64,000 nucleotides of DNA from Takakia lepidozioides (lineage: Eukaryota > Plantae > Bryophyta), in the NCBI GenBank assembly GCA_030704615.1, contig CM060733.1:54374001-54438000 (forward strand), read 5' to 3'. The translations under genes were made by a program, and so were the position numbers. The notes beneath the pieces were generated by a model that worked only from the letters and a program-made list of their open reading frames with translations, had not been told where the DNA came from and searched no databases. Positions 25,876 through 38,150 of the stretch are shown piece after piece (positions within the stretch are counted from its first letter, which is position 1; each line of letters starts with the position of its first letter).

Positions 25876-28359
25876 TCGTCCAAGAAGTTGGTTTGTAAAA
25901 CTTTGAATGGTCTCCATTTTGAAAAGCTACCATTTCTGGAAACTATTGAACTACGTCCAGAATCATGTCTATGGTAAACATGTCAATGGAGAAAACAGTG
26001 ACCACGTGCTCTCTCTACACTCATGTTCAGTCATCTTCTTTGTTAAAACCAATGCATTCTAAAACCACAATGTCTTCGAATGATTGCATCTGCATGGAAT
26101 GGTTCACCTTATAAGTGTGTAATTAGGAGTCAATTGCTAATTGTGATGGCTGCAGAAGGTGGAGCGAAACATAGCCACTCTGACGACCCTGGGTAGGTGC
26201 AGACAAACTCATGTTCTGCCTATTCAATACATTCCGGTAACCTGGCATAATACAGAACTCGCATTGCAATTTCTCTGATGAAAAGCCTTCGGTGAGCACA
26301 TAGATATGCTTAGGAGCTGTGGCCAAATTTACTTCTCTGTCTAATTAGGTTTTGAATGGATCCCAAAAAAACTTCTAGGCTGTGGGGAGAAGATTTTTTA
26401 GGTTGTCAGCAAGAACCTGTCTAAACCTGTGGCTAATAATGCACATTAGGACAAGTCATCCCTGCCCTCAAACCTTGATACCTCCCAGTCACAAACATGG
26501 CATGTATGTACACCTCTGGCAGTGCGGTGTTTGGCAGAAGTAGCTAAACCTGCCACAACCCAACTAGTCTGCCATTGTCGCTTTACCTGTAGTGCCCCCT
26601 GAGAGCATGCGGTGTTTTTAAACTGCTCCTCTACATTTCAGTGGCCTATTTAAGGCCTCATAGGTCAGTGGCACGTTTTCTAGTGTTGTAAATCTAGAAA
26701 TACTGCCTAGAAGTTATTTTGGCAAGGAAAGCTTCTCATAGCGTTTCACTTATTCCATTCCAGACTGGGTTGGCAATACTTTGTGGCAGTACATGTGGCC
26801 GTGAGAGAGAGGGGGGATTAGAGATAGAGCAAAGAGATCCACAAAACTGAGTGGTACATGGATGTTTGCGTAGAAGTGAAGGTTAAATGCCTCTGTTTTT
26901 TCCGCAATTTGTTGAGTGGATGTAGTGGTTGCCAAGGTGAAGCTAGTAAAGTTCAATTTTTTGGGATATAACAAGGTAGATGTGTAGCCTCAATTAACTC
27001 GCTAGAGGTCATTTTTCAGGGGTTGAAATTTGCCCAATGGCGGGCCATCAATGACCGGCTCTAACCGGTCATCCCATTATGGATGACCGACTATAATCGG
27101 TCCAATATTTTCAAAAAACGTATCTCGAAAAAATAGATATGCATAAATAGCATCCATTGTACAAGATACCTTTTTTTGATGAGGTTATTTAGGGAGTCTT
27201 ATAGAGTTGGATCAATATGTTAATTGAAAGGGTTAAGATGGAGAAGAAAATAGACTATCTATTATTATTATTTTTTAAAGCAAATTTAGAATATTTAACA
27301 ACTAAAATAACTCATAAGAACGAGCCCCCCTTACCTTGAGCATGAGTATTGAGAGATTAGATGCAAACATTCAGCTGTTGGTTTGAATCAGTTTGCAATC
27401 AGCCTCGATTGGATAGCTTGATAAGAGTTTGATTGAGATGAAACCATCGGGGAGAGTGTTGAGGTCAGTGAGTGGAACCGTAGCAAGGCCTCAGGTTTCG
27501 GCAATCTCACAACCCTACCAAAGATCCGGCCCTTTGAATAGTTTAAGGCTTGAAGAAGAAAGGAGTCGTATTAAATGTGAAGGTGGATGGTGGAGAGGCA
27601 TGCAGGAGCAGCCATGTCTCGTTTGGGCTTTACTCGCTGCCAAGATGCAGCGTCAACGATTTTTAAGCTGTGGCAATGGCGATGAAGACAGGGGGTTGTC
27701 CAAGGATTACGAGGAGCATCGACCATTGGGTATGTCCATCCTGCACACCGAGAAAAAGAGAGAGAGAGACTCGAGATAGAGGCTTCTTCATGATGCATGA
27801 GTACCACAGGAAAAAATTTGTTCATCCAATTCTTGTGGACTTTTAGCATTCGTTCTTTGAGGGTTTCGTTGGAGAAAGGATGATATGCATCCGATGAGGC
27901 CTCGTGAAACTGGTTTTGCTTGGAAATCATCTTTCTTCGAAGCTTGGAAACTTCTAGGGCTCTCGGTTTGGAGGCCGTTGCGTGTGACAGATTCTCTGAG
28001 TTTGGCTTTGCGCCTTTGTGCATTGTTTTTCGCTCTCATTACTCGAGCAACACCTTAGCGGCTTTATTTCTTGGCTTTATTCCTGTAGTGGTTGACATAG
28101 GTTTTCAACTCTTTCCTTTCGGCATGTGGTTTTGTGTGAACGCGACGGATCATAGACTCCAGTTTCATTTATGTGCAGTTGTTCTGCATCTTTACTTCCA
28201 CATTGGTCCAACGCCAATGTTTAGCATGCATGTCCTTCTCTTCTCCCCTCCTTCGATATGCAACTCAGCAGACAATAACACTTCTATTTTATTTCCTGCA
28301 TTTCAGCTTGTATCTCTCATTGGCTCTTAGGGGGAATTGATGTTTCAGCGGCTTCATTG

Positions 28360-30760
28360 ATGGCGGACGTCGTGGTAACGGTTTTCGATAAAGATGGTAC
28401 TATGACCGCCAAAAGGAGGTTTAAGAGCCTCCGAAAGAGTGTTATGCTCTCTACTTTGGAGATGGGACACGGACGCGGTTACCTCACAGATGCCGATGGT
28501 TATGGTGTTGAATATCCAGTTGTTGTTGATGCTATTGCGGCTGGTGGAGGATATAGGTATAAAGTTACAACCCTAGCCTTATCGGCACCTCCGGCAAGTA
28601 TGGGGTCGTTTGCACTTGAGGATATATGTTTCTTTATTTGCTTTGTTTGGATAGTAAGGGTCCATCCATGGCTTCGGACTCATTGCTTGATTATAGTGAA
28701 TACAGAGTGTATCATAGACAACGCACTTACTAGTTTTTGGAAGGATTTTCAAACCTTGTTTGTTTGAGTCATTATTAGACATTGTAGTACATATGATACC
28801 AAGTCAAGTCTTGAGTAGTTTTTCTTTATAGGCTATTAAGAAGCATTGCGTGTGTGTTCATTAAACTTAGGGTTTTTTTATTCACTTGGCTACGTTGTAT
28901 CTGGTTTACTCTGTTTTGTGCGATTATTACGACCTTCCGATGAGGGTATTGCTTGGGGTTTCACTTCAACTCATTCGGGTGTTCTGTGGTTGCATCTCTG
29001 TGTTCTTTGTGCTCTGTATTCCATATTTGTATTGGCCTATGGTGTGCACATGATTCTTCTACAACCGTATAGTCAGTCATTCTCCGACATCTTTTTCCAT
29101 CTTCTCAAGTTCCTAACCAGTTTCGTTTTTTCATCTTTGTTGTTTCTACCAGATTATGATGATCTTTCTTAAGAGTGGATCAACTGTATGCTGCTCCCAC
29201 AGCTACCTGAGCTCTCATGGAACGAGTATGACTTAACAAGGATATTGTTCCCTATGCAGCATGGGAAACTTCTCGTGTTAAAGAAAGCATATCATGAGAT
29301 ACGTAGGCAGAAGCCTAAGGTGGCAGAGAGGTTTATGATCGAGGCAGATGATTCAAAGCTCCTTGTGCATTTGACAGTAGTCTTGGATGTCCATTTTGGC
29401 CAACCAGCAGTTCACAATGGATATATCTTTCAGCTGCTCTTTGAGTTGTGGAGGTTGTATAGCGCACACACTTATGTGTACCAATCGTTGTTCAATTGTG
29501 ATGAAAAGATAGGAAATAGTCATTCTGCATCTACTGAAATTAGATCAAGACCTGATATGCTCCTCACGGCGTCTGGATGCACCTTTGTAGACAAATTTTC
29601 CAGTCTTGGTGCTGCTGAAGATAATCTTAGGGCAATGGTGAAGCCATTTTCCACCATGTTTTATGGAGATGTGCAATTCATTATAGGCTACAGGGTGAAT
29701 GCAGGGTTGACTGGACCAAATTGGACGTTACCAACACAGTTTTAGATGACTGTAATTGATGGTGTTATCAATTGAAATTGAATTAACTCATTAAAACTAG
29801 CAACTATATATGTCATTGGATTCCTAGCTTCAATACGCACCCATAGCAACTCTCCAATCATGAATCCGATAAGAATTAACTCCGCTATGGACTTTTGAAC
29901 ACCGTCATTGTGGACTGTTACCGCAATGAATGGAATTACAATGGACTCAAGTTCTCATATGTGCCATTGGTGAGTTCCATTGAAATTTGGACATAAGGTG
30001 GCCATTTTGGTCCACATCATAGGTATGAATTTGAAGTGGCAAAATCATTTGTCATTTGACGGACTAATATATGTCAAACAAATAGGCGTTTTTTGAAAAG
30101 TCCATAGCTCATCTTATTTTTTGGATTTTGGGTGTCATTTATTTTCTAGCAATATAAAAACCTATAATCTTCAATGGCTAGATGTCATATTTGTAAACTC
30201 TAATTTTTAGTTTTTCATAATTTCTCTAAATAATATACTAAAATATTTAATGAATTATATCTTTAATATTTGGGATATGACTCTTTACTAAATATGTTCA
30301 GTATACCATTATCTATCACTAAAAAAATATTTTGGGATAGTATACTCAACTTTTTGTTTTGGTCATGGACTTTCATGGAGCAGGATCTGCCGTTTTTGGT
30401 CCACTCAACCCTGCAATTGCCCTATACAGGGGCATGCTCAGAATTCCAGTGAGTTCATATTGGCAAGTATGGCCAAATCAAACGAACCGGTCCACGTCTA
30501 AACCTATCAATTGAATCCGGTCGCTGCGAGTTTTTGCTAAACATCGGCTATGCCTATTAGTTAATTAAGCAAATGGTAGACTCAGTCCCTGATGTGTCAG
30601 GCTGCCGTGCTATGATCACTGAGGATATTGAAGGAGATAAGATCATACATTTATACCCTGTCAGAGTTCGTAAGTTCATCAAGAACTTTAACAGTTTTTG
30701 TGAGGATTACATGACTGCATTGGATGTGATATTGAGGGCTTATGAAGCTGGAGAAAGAAG
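28360..30760 (+). pseudogene. Crinkler (CRN)-like protein: N-terminal header exon plus PD-(D/E)xK REase-like domain leading toward a kinase region; disrupted and truncated
   Basis: Exon 1 MADVVVTVFDKDG...GYLTDADGYGV...GGGYRYKVT. Exon 2 SRPDMLLTASGCTFVDK..AEDNLRAMVKPFSTMFYGDVQFIIGY[MITE]TGACSEFQ*VHI..LNLSIESGRCEFLLNIGYAY*LIKQM, which resembles the CRN 'RPD..GEEK..A..EL..K..YG.LP...GY' motif. Contains stops and an insertion. Confidence 0.65.
29691..30424. mobile_element. Tc1/mariner-type MITE inserted in the CRN-like gene
   Basis: ~30-bp imperfect TIRs cagggtgaatgcagggttgactggaccaaa / tttggtccactcaaccctgcaattgcccta, flanked by TA. AT-rich non-coding interior. The host reading frame resumes on both sides. 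Confidence 0.8.
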
Positions 30761-30761
30761 T

Positions 30762-32740
30762 CATACATGTCCACCAGGGCAATGTTCAGAATGACATCTG
30801 GTACAATTCACTACAACAGATCGCGGTATTTATGACTGTATATATAACTATTCTACAGTCCTAAACGGTACATATGACTTCTATGACTGTAAGTCGTGCA
30901 AACCAAGTGAATACAATGAGTACATGATGGTACGGTCCGGATGACTACAGTCAGATGAACCAAGTGATATCTCTCACTGCAGTCATATATACCATACTGC
31001 AGTCGCCGCTACCGCGCCACATGGCGAGGCATAATTGATTAAAAATTAAATTAAATTAAAAAACTAAAAAAATTAAAAAGATATGTCAGACGCCGCGTCG
31101 CACCGCATTGTGCTACGTGGTATAATGCATTTTATAATAATGAAAAAACCACGTGGCAACCCATCTAGGGTACCACGTGCTATCCCTCGCTCGCCTATTA
31201 ACCCTATGGCCATCTCATCCATTTGATTGTACTTAGAGGAGTTTGAACCTACAACCTCTTTACTATAAGAGTTATAGTTCACTACCTGCTAACCAATACA
31301 CCCATTAGTCATTTATGTGATTATTTGGTGTTTTAATTGTATTATACACACCAAATTACAAAATCCCCAGTAGTCATCATGACTATGTAATCTCATCCAT
31401 GTACACTGTAGTCATGGAAATGACTATGAATGGTGAGCTAAATCTGGTCAATTGCTGTTGACCAGCCTTCCGCCCATTCCGGAGCCATGTAGTCATACAG
31501 ACGACTACTTAGATGGTCGTTCATATGACTACAGTCGTATGAACGATTGCGGGAGGTCAATTTCATATAAAAACATGGTGCAGTCATGGTCAAAGTCAAG
31601 AAAACCATGACTACCACGGTTTGGCAGTCATAACTACCGCGATCTGTTGTAGTGATTCCAGCTTCGACAATGTCACCATGGACCTCTTTGCCATTTTCCA
31701 GGGCTGCCAGGCTCGCACACGCCTTACAAAGACAAATAAAAGTGACCCGGTCCGGCTGCACCCAACATTTGCTCATTTGTGGCTTCATCTCGCACCCATG
31801 CTGGCCATATCCAACGATCATCGTGTTCCAGGAGACAACATCCCGTTCAACCATATTGTCAAATTCTCCTTTTGCAGCTTCAATGCTGCCACATTTGGCA
31901 TACATGTCCACCAGGGTATCGTGCGGAATGCAACCTGGTACAATTCCAGCTTTGATGATGTCAACATGGCCCTCTTTGCCCTTTTCAGGTATGTCAGGCT
32001 CGCATCAACGGTCCATTCCTGCATCATTTGCTCATATGTCTCCAAAGCCTCCGTCCCGCAACCCTGATGTGCATGTCCTGCGATCATCGCGTCCCACAAC
32101 ACCACATCACATTCAGCCATAGTGTCGAACACCCCCCTTTGAATCTTCAATGCTCCCACATTTGACATACATGTCTACCAGGGCAGTGTTCAGAATGACA
32201 TCTGGTACAATTCCAGCTTCGACAATGTCACCATGGACCTCTTTGCCTTTTTTTAGGGCTGCCAGGCTCGTACACACATTGCAAACGCAAACAAATATGA
32301 TGCGGTCGGGCTTCACCCCTTCCAGCATCATTTGCTCATAGGTCTCCAAAGCATTCGTACCACACCCATGCTTGGTAAATCCTGCCAACATTATATTCCA
32401 CGTGATCAAATATCGTTGAGGCATTCTGTTGAACAGTTGGTGCTCCTGCACTTAACATACATGTTGGCAAAGGTGTTGTGTAGAAAAACATTTGGCTTGA
32501 ATCCACTTTGGATAATGCGAGCATGCACCTGCTTTCCAGCTTGCAGGTCTTTCATCTTGATGCACGTATGCAAGAGACTGACATAAGTATCTGAATTTGC
32601 TGAAATGCCCCCTTGGTTTAAAGTCTGTAGAGCCTCTTTTAGTCGCCCTGCCTCACATAGCATCCTCACATGCCCAAAACTACCAGAAGAGGCATTGTGG
32701 ACTCCCTCTTTTGGTCATCTTTTGGAAACTATGGTCATGG
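30762..32740 (-). pseudogene. PLS-class pentatricopeptide repeat (PPR) pseudogene
   Basis: LCEAGRLKEAL..TYVSLLHTC..GKQVHARIIQSG..NMYVKC, TWNIMLAGFTKHG..ALETYEQM..GVKPDRI, TALVDMYVKCGSIE and RDVVSWNTMIVGYGQHG. Several frameshifts and deletions, a CACTA insertion, and truncation at ~30762. Confidence 0.92.
30809..31654. mobile_element. Non-autonomous CACTA (En/Spm) element, 846 bp
   Basis: 20-bp TIRs CACTACAACAGATCGCGGTA / TACCGCGATCTGTTGTAGTG. 3-bp TSD ATT (30806-30808, 31655-31657). Many subterminal ATGACT/AGTCAT repeats. The PPR sequence is contiguous once the element is removed. Confidence 0.93.
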
Positions 32741-34422
32741 TCAAGGCGCCTGATTTAATCAACTGTGCCGCTGCTGATTCCAGTTGACCATCTACCCATG
32801 TAGGTTCTTGTAGCTATCCATCCACAGGGAATCACAAGTAATTTTGAAATCGAGCCATCTTGGATGAATCTGGACCCACACTCCAATCCCTGCTCCTTCT
32901 ATCCCTGCCTCTCCACAAATCATATATATATATTCTTGCCTTGCTGCTAGCAGCTGACAATGACAGCCTACAATCGTTCAACAAACACCTCAACCCTACT
33001 CCGAAAAATATTCCTTCCAAAGCTTCTCCTCATCGCTGCTATCTGTTTTTGCATAAGTACATGTTGGCACATCGGCAGTAACATGTCAAAATCACCCCAA
33101 ACCACCATAGACCCTACGAGCTAACTTGCAGAATTCGTCATGAAATTAGCGACGACTCTGATAAGAGGGTAAAACAGCCTGGAATGTGATGAAGAAGAAG
33201 GTGCCCTCACCACGTTGTCCTTGACCTTGTGTCATGAAAGCAGCTAGTTTATCTCTCACCCCTGCATGATTAATCTGGCGATCAACCCAAAAGGACCTTG
33301 TGTGTGTGTAGCTTGTGTCGGCAGTTAGGTGATCTTGGATTGGTCGATTGGTCTGTGAGGAGCCACCACGGTGCAGCTGAGCTGCCATAGATTCAAGCAC
33401 AGCTTCATAAGACCAATTTGACCCTCCCCAAGTACCTTGTAAACACCAGGAAAAATACCAAATCATATTACTAACAGGAAGAGCCCACATTTTGCAGGAT
33501 GGACAAAACTTGTTCACATCATACATTAAAAAAGCCCCATCTTGCAATTGCGGTTCTCCCACACATGTGAGGGATCTTTAAAAAACTCAGGCCAGCTCTG
33601 CTCCATGCTCCACAGTAGACCTTTGTGCCCGAAAATCCAATAGCATCAACATTTTGTCAAGTTCCTTTATGAAGAAGTGTTAGTGAGCTTTCAAACAATT
33701 CAATGTGGGTTCCATCGGACTCTACACAATGAAGAACATACGGACATGTCCAAACTTACACCAGCTTGTCTATAGTCTGGAGATTTTGGAGTGGTCTGTG
33801 AAAACGACCAGGGAGCAGCTGAGCAGCCACAGTCTCGACCCTCCCTAGTACCTTGCAAACTTCAGGGAAAGGCATTGGACATCCTACTTTCATGCCCTGC
33901 TCAGGAAGAACAACCTACGATACGGACAGTAAAAGCAGTTTTTGCACAACAAAACGAGATTCTAACTATTAGGTGTACAATCAACTTCTCCATCCTATGC
34001 CCTTGCATATCCTCCGATCATCGTGTTCCATGACACAACATCTTTTTGGCTCTATACTAAGAAAACGCGCAGGAGACAATAAAGCCAAGAGGAGGCTAAG
34101 TCCCAGCCCTTTAATGGGCAACCCTATAAACAATTTTTTGAATTTTTTAACCTTTTGGTACCAAGCTAGCACTAGAAGTCATTCCGGCAACTATTTGGTG
34201 GTGAGCTCGCGCTGGTCAACCATCGTTGACCAACCCTTCTTCAAGTGCGGAGCGTACGCTCGCGCGCTCACGCCATTGCGTCGTTGCCTCAACATGGGCT
34301 GATATCCAAGAGGGCTAAGCTCAACTGTGTAGGTTTCTGTACGATTTATGGGGACCTCATTCAAATTTTCCCTTATTAAACACGGAAGGACGTAAAGCAC
34401 AATTTGGTCTACAAATATAGGG

Positions 34423-34496
34423 AAGTCATGGTCATAGTCAGAAAAACCATGACTACTGCGGGTTGGCAGTCATATATACCGCGATCTGTTGTAGTG
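34423..34496. mobile_element. Solo right end of the same CACTA family
   Basis: agtcatggtca.agtcagaaaaaccatgactac..ggttggcagtcata..taccgcgatctgttgtagtg, near-identical to 31582-31654. No matching left end or TSD nearby. Confidence 0.8.
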
Positions 34497-34503
34497 AATA
34501 ATT

Positions 34504-35251
34504 TTATTTTGAAGCATCATATCTGAGACTCTTATAACCGTTGTCCTCAATATAATCCCAGAGTGGCCTAAACTTGGGATCGTTTGAAACATTGGGAAAA
34601 CGACTCAACCCTATCATATTTTTCCTAAGATAGCTTGAAACAGTGGGATGTTTCCTCATTCCAAGCAAATAGGTCTGAAGAACCTTGAGAAGATAGCAAC
34701 CATCAGTCTCCACGGTCTGGAACGGTTTGAGAACAAAACATGAGTCGGGCGGGTTCAATACACACTTCACGGCGGTGTCGTCAATGAGCAGAGTGTTACT
34801 CTTGGTGTATTGTCCACCAAATCTCTTCCAGACCTTCACCAGTTGCTTCAAAAACAAATGAGGAGGGTCCAATCCTGATTTGAATTGAGGGTGAACCGAA
34901 GTAGGACATGAAATACAATCCTCTTGAGACATAACGAAGGCCGGTTGAGGGAGACCACAAAGCAAAAAATCCAGGATGGGCTGCAAGTTCTTGTACATTA
35001 TAGAGCTCCAAATCCCTAACCGGAAGTGTTTGTGCAATTCTGTCCACACTTCGCGATATTTCTCCCGTCTAAAGACTAGTCGGAATCCAACAAGAGCTGG
35101 AATTCTGTAATCTGATTCTGAAAACTGGGAGACATTGTAGCTCTTCTTGTGCTTCGAGATTTTGCACAAAGACTCCATTCACGTCAAAAATAATCAAACG
35201 CAACCATTGCGTACGAGGAGAAACAGGTGCTCCAATTTGCCATAGAGTCAT
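34504..35251 (-). pseudogene. FCP1/NIF-like (HAD-fold) domain gene with a single +1 frameshift near 35172
   Basis: LIIFDVNGV(L)CK (motif-I variant DxNG), FRLGIWSS, FVMSQEDC, FLKQLVKVW, YTKSNTLLIDDTAVKCVLNPP, LQTYL. Removing one T joins ORFs 35069-35251 and 34504-35178. Confidence 0.8.
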
Positions 35252-35356
35252 TCATACTTACGATGATAAAAAGGAACAGTACAATGCATTGGAAAAACCG
35301 ACACCAGGCAAGTGAACAAGAACGTCCACTGGACAGCCGAGGTTCACCAAACTCTA

Positions 35357-36154
35357 TTAAAATATCTTATGTTCCAATGCAGCGGCACGCAATTCGTGAT
35401 TGCTAAGGAACTTCTGCCACCTATAATCAAAGTCTCTAAGAAATTTGACCGCTAGGTCGTCCTCGAAGAAATCCTTCGTAATGCCGAATGGATGTAGCTC
35501 GTTGAATGACATGACATCCATCCCGGATTACTGGAACATGTTAAGGTATGGCTTGAGTTCTTCCAGTAGAAACTTATCTCTGTCAAGGTCCACGATCGCC
35601 TTATATTTTGGAAGGAAGATGGTATGTCCTAATGGGTTCAAGTGACTTGTACATATTGTCTACAGTGTCGATGAGGAGAGTATTGGATTTGTAAGCTGTT
35701 GGGTTTTCCTCAGCGAAAATGTCGTAAAGATGTTTAAAGTAGATGGGATTTTTGGAAGCTTTAGGTCATTTTTTGTTGAATGTCAATCTGTGCATGACTG
35801 AATTGTCACTGCTGGAAGTTTTGACCTTGTAATAGTACTTCCCGAACACGGCCTTGGCGATAGTCTCGACGTTCATCTCAGGTCCCGTGTTCCAAAAACA
35901 AACGACAAACTTTTTGACGGTCCATTTAATGAATTCGTCAAGACCGTTTCGCGTAGCTAACTTGAATTTCCCAGCGGAGATACAAGGCTGGGTGGCAGGA
36001 GGGGATTTCTTTCCAGGTAAACCTCACAAAGGTAACGGGGAATAACCAAATTTATAATGCCCGGGCGTCGCCAAAAAAACGTCGCAAATTTGCGACCAAT
36101 GGGGGTCGCAAGTAGGCGAAATCGCGATTTGCGACGCCCGGGCGTCGGGAGAAG

Positions 36155-36189
<35 letters not shown>

Positions 36190-36773
36190 ACCTTGCAATG
36201 CAGAATTAGCACCGTCCAGGGGTCGCAAAGTGTGACGCCCGGACGTCACAATTTAAGGGGGTACATTTGAGTTTAGGCGGGAAAATTTGAATTTGAAATT
36301 TGAATTTCAAAAACTTGTTGACCATTGATTCCAGTTCTCTCTAATGACAATATGTTCATTATTCTACATATATTATGCAATGCATACTTGAACCTAAGAC
36401 CTCCACGTTATAACATTTCTAAGACACTACAAACTAACCAACACACCTACGCTGCATCTATGTATTACAAAAACAATATATATATATAAAGATTTCCTTC
36501 AAGTTCCTTCTAAAGGGGTCTCTTTTGTGACGCTGGGGAATTGCAACCTCCACAGTTTTAGTGCCCAGCCCCAGCCCCAGCCCCAGCGTCGTCGCCGTTA
36601 TTGCACCCCCCCCTACCGCCAGGCGTCCTAAACGACGTCCTTGTGATGACCTAAGCTGACCGCAACACCATTGCAATCCCCTGTGGCGATGCCGTTGCGA
36701 CCCCCTGACGTCGCAACATCAGCGCGGGGTGCCCCAACAACGCTTTTTGAAGTAGAGAGCAGCAAAGCCCACG

Positions 36774-36820
<47 letters not shown>

Positions 36821-38080
36821 CCCACTGTGGTGATGCTGTTGCGATGCCCTGACGTCGCAGAGGCGCTGGGGCGCCCTTAATGACGCCGAGGCGTCGCAGC
36901 ATCCAAAAAATAAAAATAAATAAATAAATTTCGACGCTTGGATGTCGCAAGAAAAAAAATCCGTCGCAACGAGGGCCCTCTTTCCCTCTCATGCCACCTT
37001 ACGACGGCTGGGCGTCGTAATGGTGCAGCGGGGGATTGCGACGCCGGGGCGTCGCCAAAAAACGACGCGGGCTCAGCGCCGCGCAGGGCGTGGGGCGCAG
37101 CTGGCGTCGCAAACCCCCCCCCCCCCCCCCCCCCCATTTGTTGTAGTGCCAAGACGTAATATCCTGGCCGACATCCATTCGGTCCCCAAAGAAGGGAATG
37201 CAGATCTTTTGGATTCACAGAAGTGGAATAGTCGACTGGAGGGTAATGCATGTTGTCCTGTGGAATAACAGAAGAGTTCATAATTATTAATTTCAACTTC
37301 AGTAACCCCAATGTACAGAAACGAATAAATGGAGTTGAAATGATTACCGTTTTTGGGGGCAGCTGCACCTCCTCTTTCCCATCTCTCCGGAAAACACGAT
37401 CCTCCAACTTTGTGGCACCAGATGATAACCTCGATTGTCCAGTGGGGGTTACTTGTAGGACCGGCTTAGATAGTGCAACAGTGATTGTCCGATCCACTCG
37501 TCTCTTCACAGTCTCAGTCTCATTGAAGTCGGTTCGTGTGTGTTTGATCTCTTCAGACGTCGTCTCACGAATCTACAGGGAATTATGGATGAGAAGTATG
37601 GTAGTCAAAGTGATCCGACAAAATTATCGAATTGAGCAATACCGAAGATGAGACTCAAAGACCAATAATAAGACTAATAAGAATAAAGCCAATATAGTAC
37701 CCGAATCGGGATCTGTTGTTGGATTCTGCGCTTGTGCTGCTCCGTCTCTTCTCTTTCCCCGCGAGTATGAGGGTTCTCCGACTCATTCCTTGTAGATAGC
37801 AATGTCGACTGGACAGTGGAGGTTGCTTGTAGAAGCGGCTCAGGTGACCTAGCCCTAACTATCAGATCCACCTGTCTCTTCACAATTTTTGAGCCTCGTT
37901 TGAACCAGTTCGTGTGTGTGTCATTTCCTCCGATTGGGATTATTGGATCTACAAGAAAAGTTTCGAAACAGTTAGGAATTGTCCTCAAGGATGTGCGAAC
38001 GGAAATATGTATCCGGGTGGAAATTTGTTTTATTTGAAAGCATAAAGGAAATGGAAAAAACATTCGGATTATTCTACTCA
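35357..38080 (-). pseudogene. Second FCP1/NIF-like gene with low-complexity repeated N-terminal exons, split by a CACTA fragment
   Basis: ..CRPGYYVL (37150) continues after the insert as GIINLVIPRY..ATRNGLDEFIKWTVKKFVVCFWNTGPEMNVETIAKAVF..YFKHLYDIF..SNTLLIDTVD..NPLGHTIFLP..LLEELKPYL..HPFG. Contains stops and frameshifts. Confidence 0.65.
36058..37148 (-). mobile_element. Truncated CACTA element (one terminus plus subterminal repeat array)
   Basis: Ends ...catttgttgTAGTG at 37148. Dense GCGACGCC / GGCGTCGC / GTCGCAA motifs in both orientations with homopolymer runs. Interrupts the FCP1-like frame. The other TIR is not seen. Confidence 0.7.
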
Positions 38081-38150
38081 CAAGTTTGCCATAATTACAA
38101 TATTGTCATGTTCTATTATAAAGTATGTATGAATTAACATTCACTAATTG

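Larger units (their letters stand above)
22895..26750. repeat. Mosaic segmental duplication 1 of the NusB / Mug135-like / SEC20 locus
   Basis: 22960-23890 matches 42720-43670. 24080-24470 matches 53735-54135. 24495-25400 matches 54410-55120. 25880-26750 matches inverted 59100-60015, including the SEC20 exon-6 copy KVERNIATLTTL at ~26158-26194. Confidence 0.85.

Noticed and set aside
27017-27120. CAGGGGTTGAAA start with GACCG repeats, a possible hAT end
   Set aside because: No partner TIR or TSD found.
31235-31300. tRNA-like B box (GGTTCAAACTC, minus strand) inside the CACTA element
   Set aside because: The A box is poor and no cloverleaf forms, so it is too degenerate to call.
36425-36434. 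CACTACAAAC as the partner TIR of the 37148 end
   Set aside because: Matches only 8 bp, has no TSD, and subterminal repeats extend further left to ~36058.
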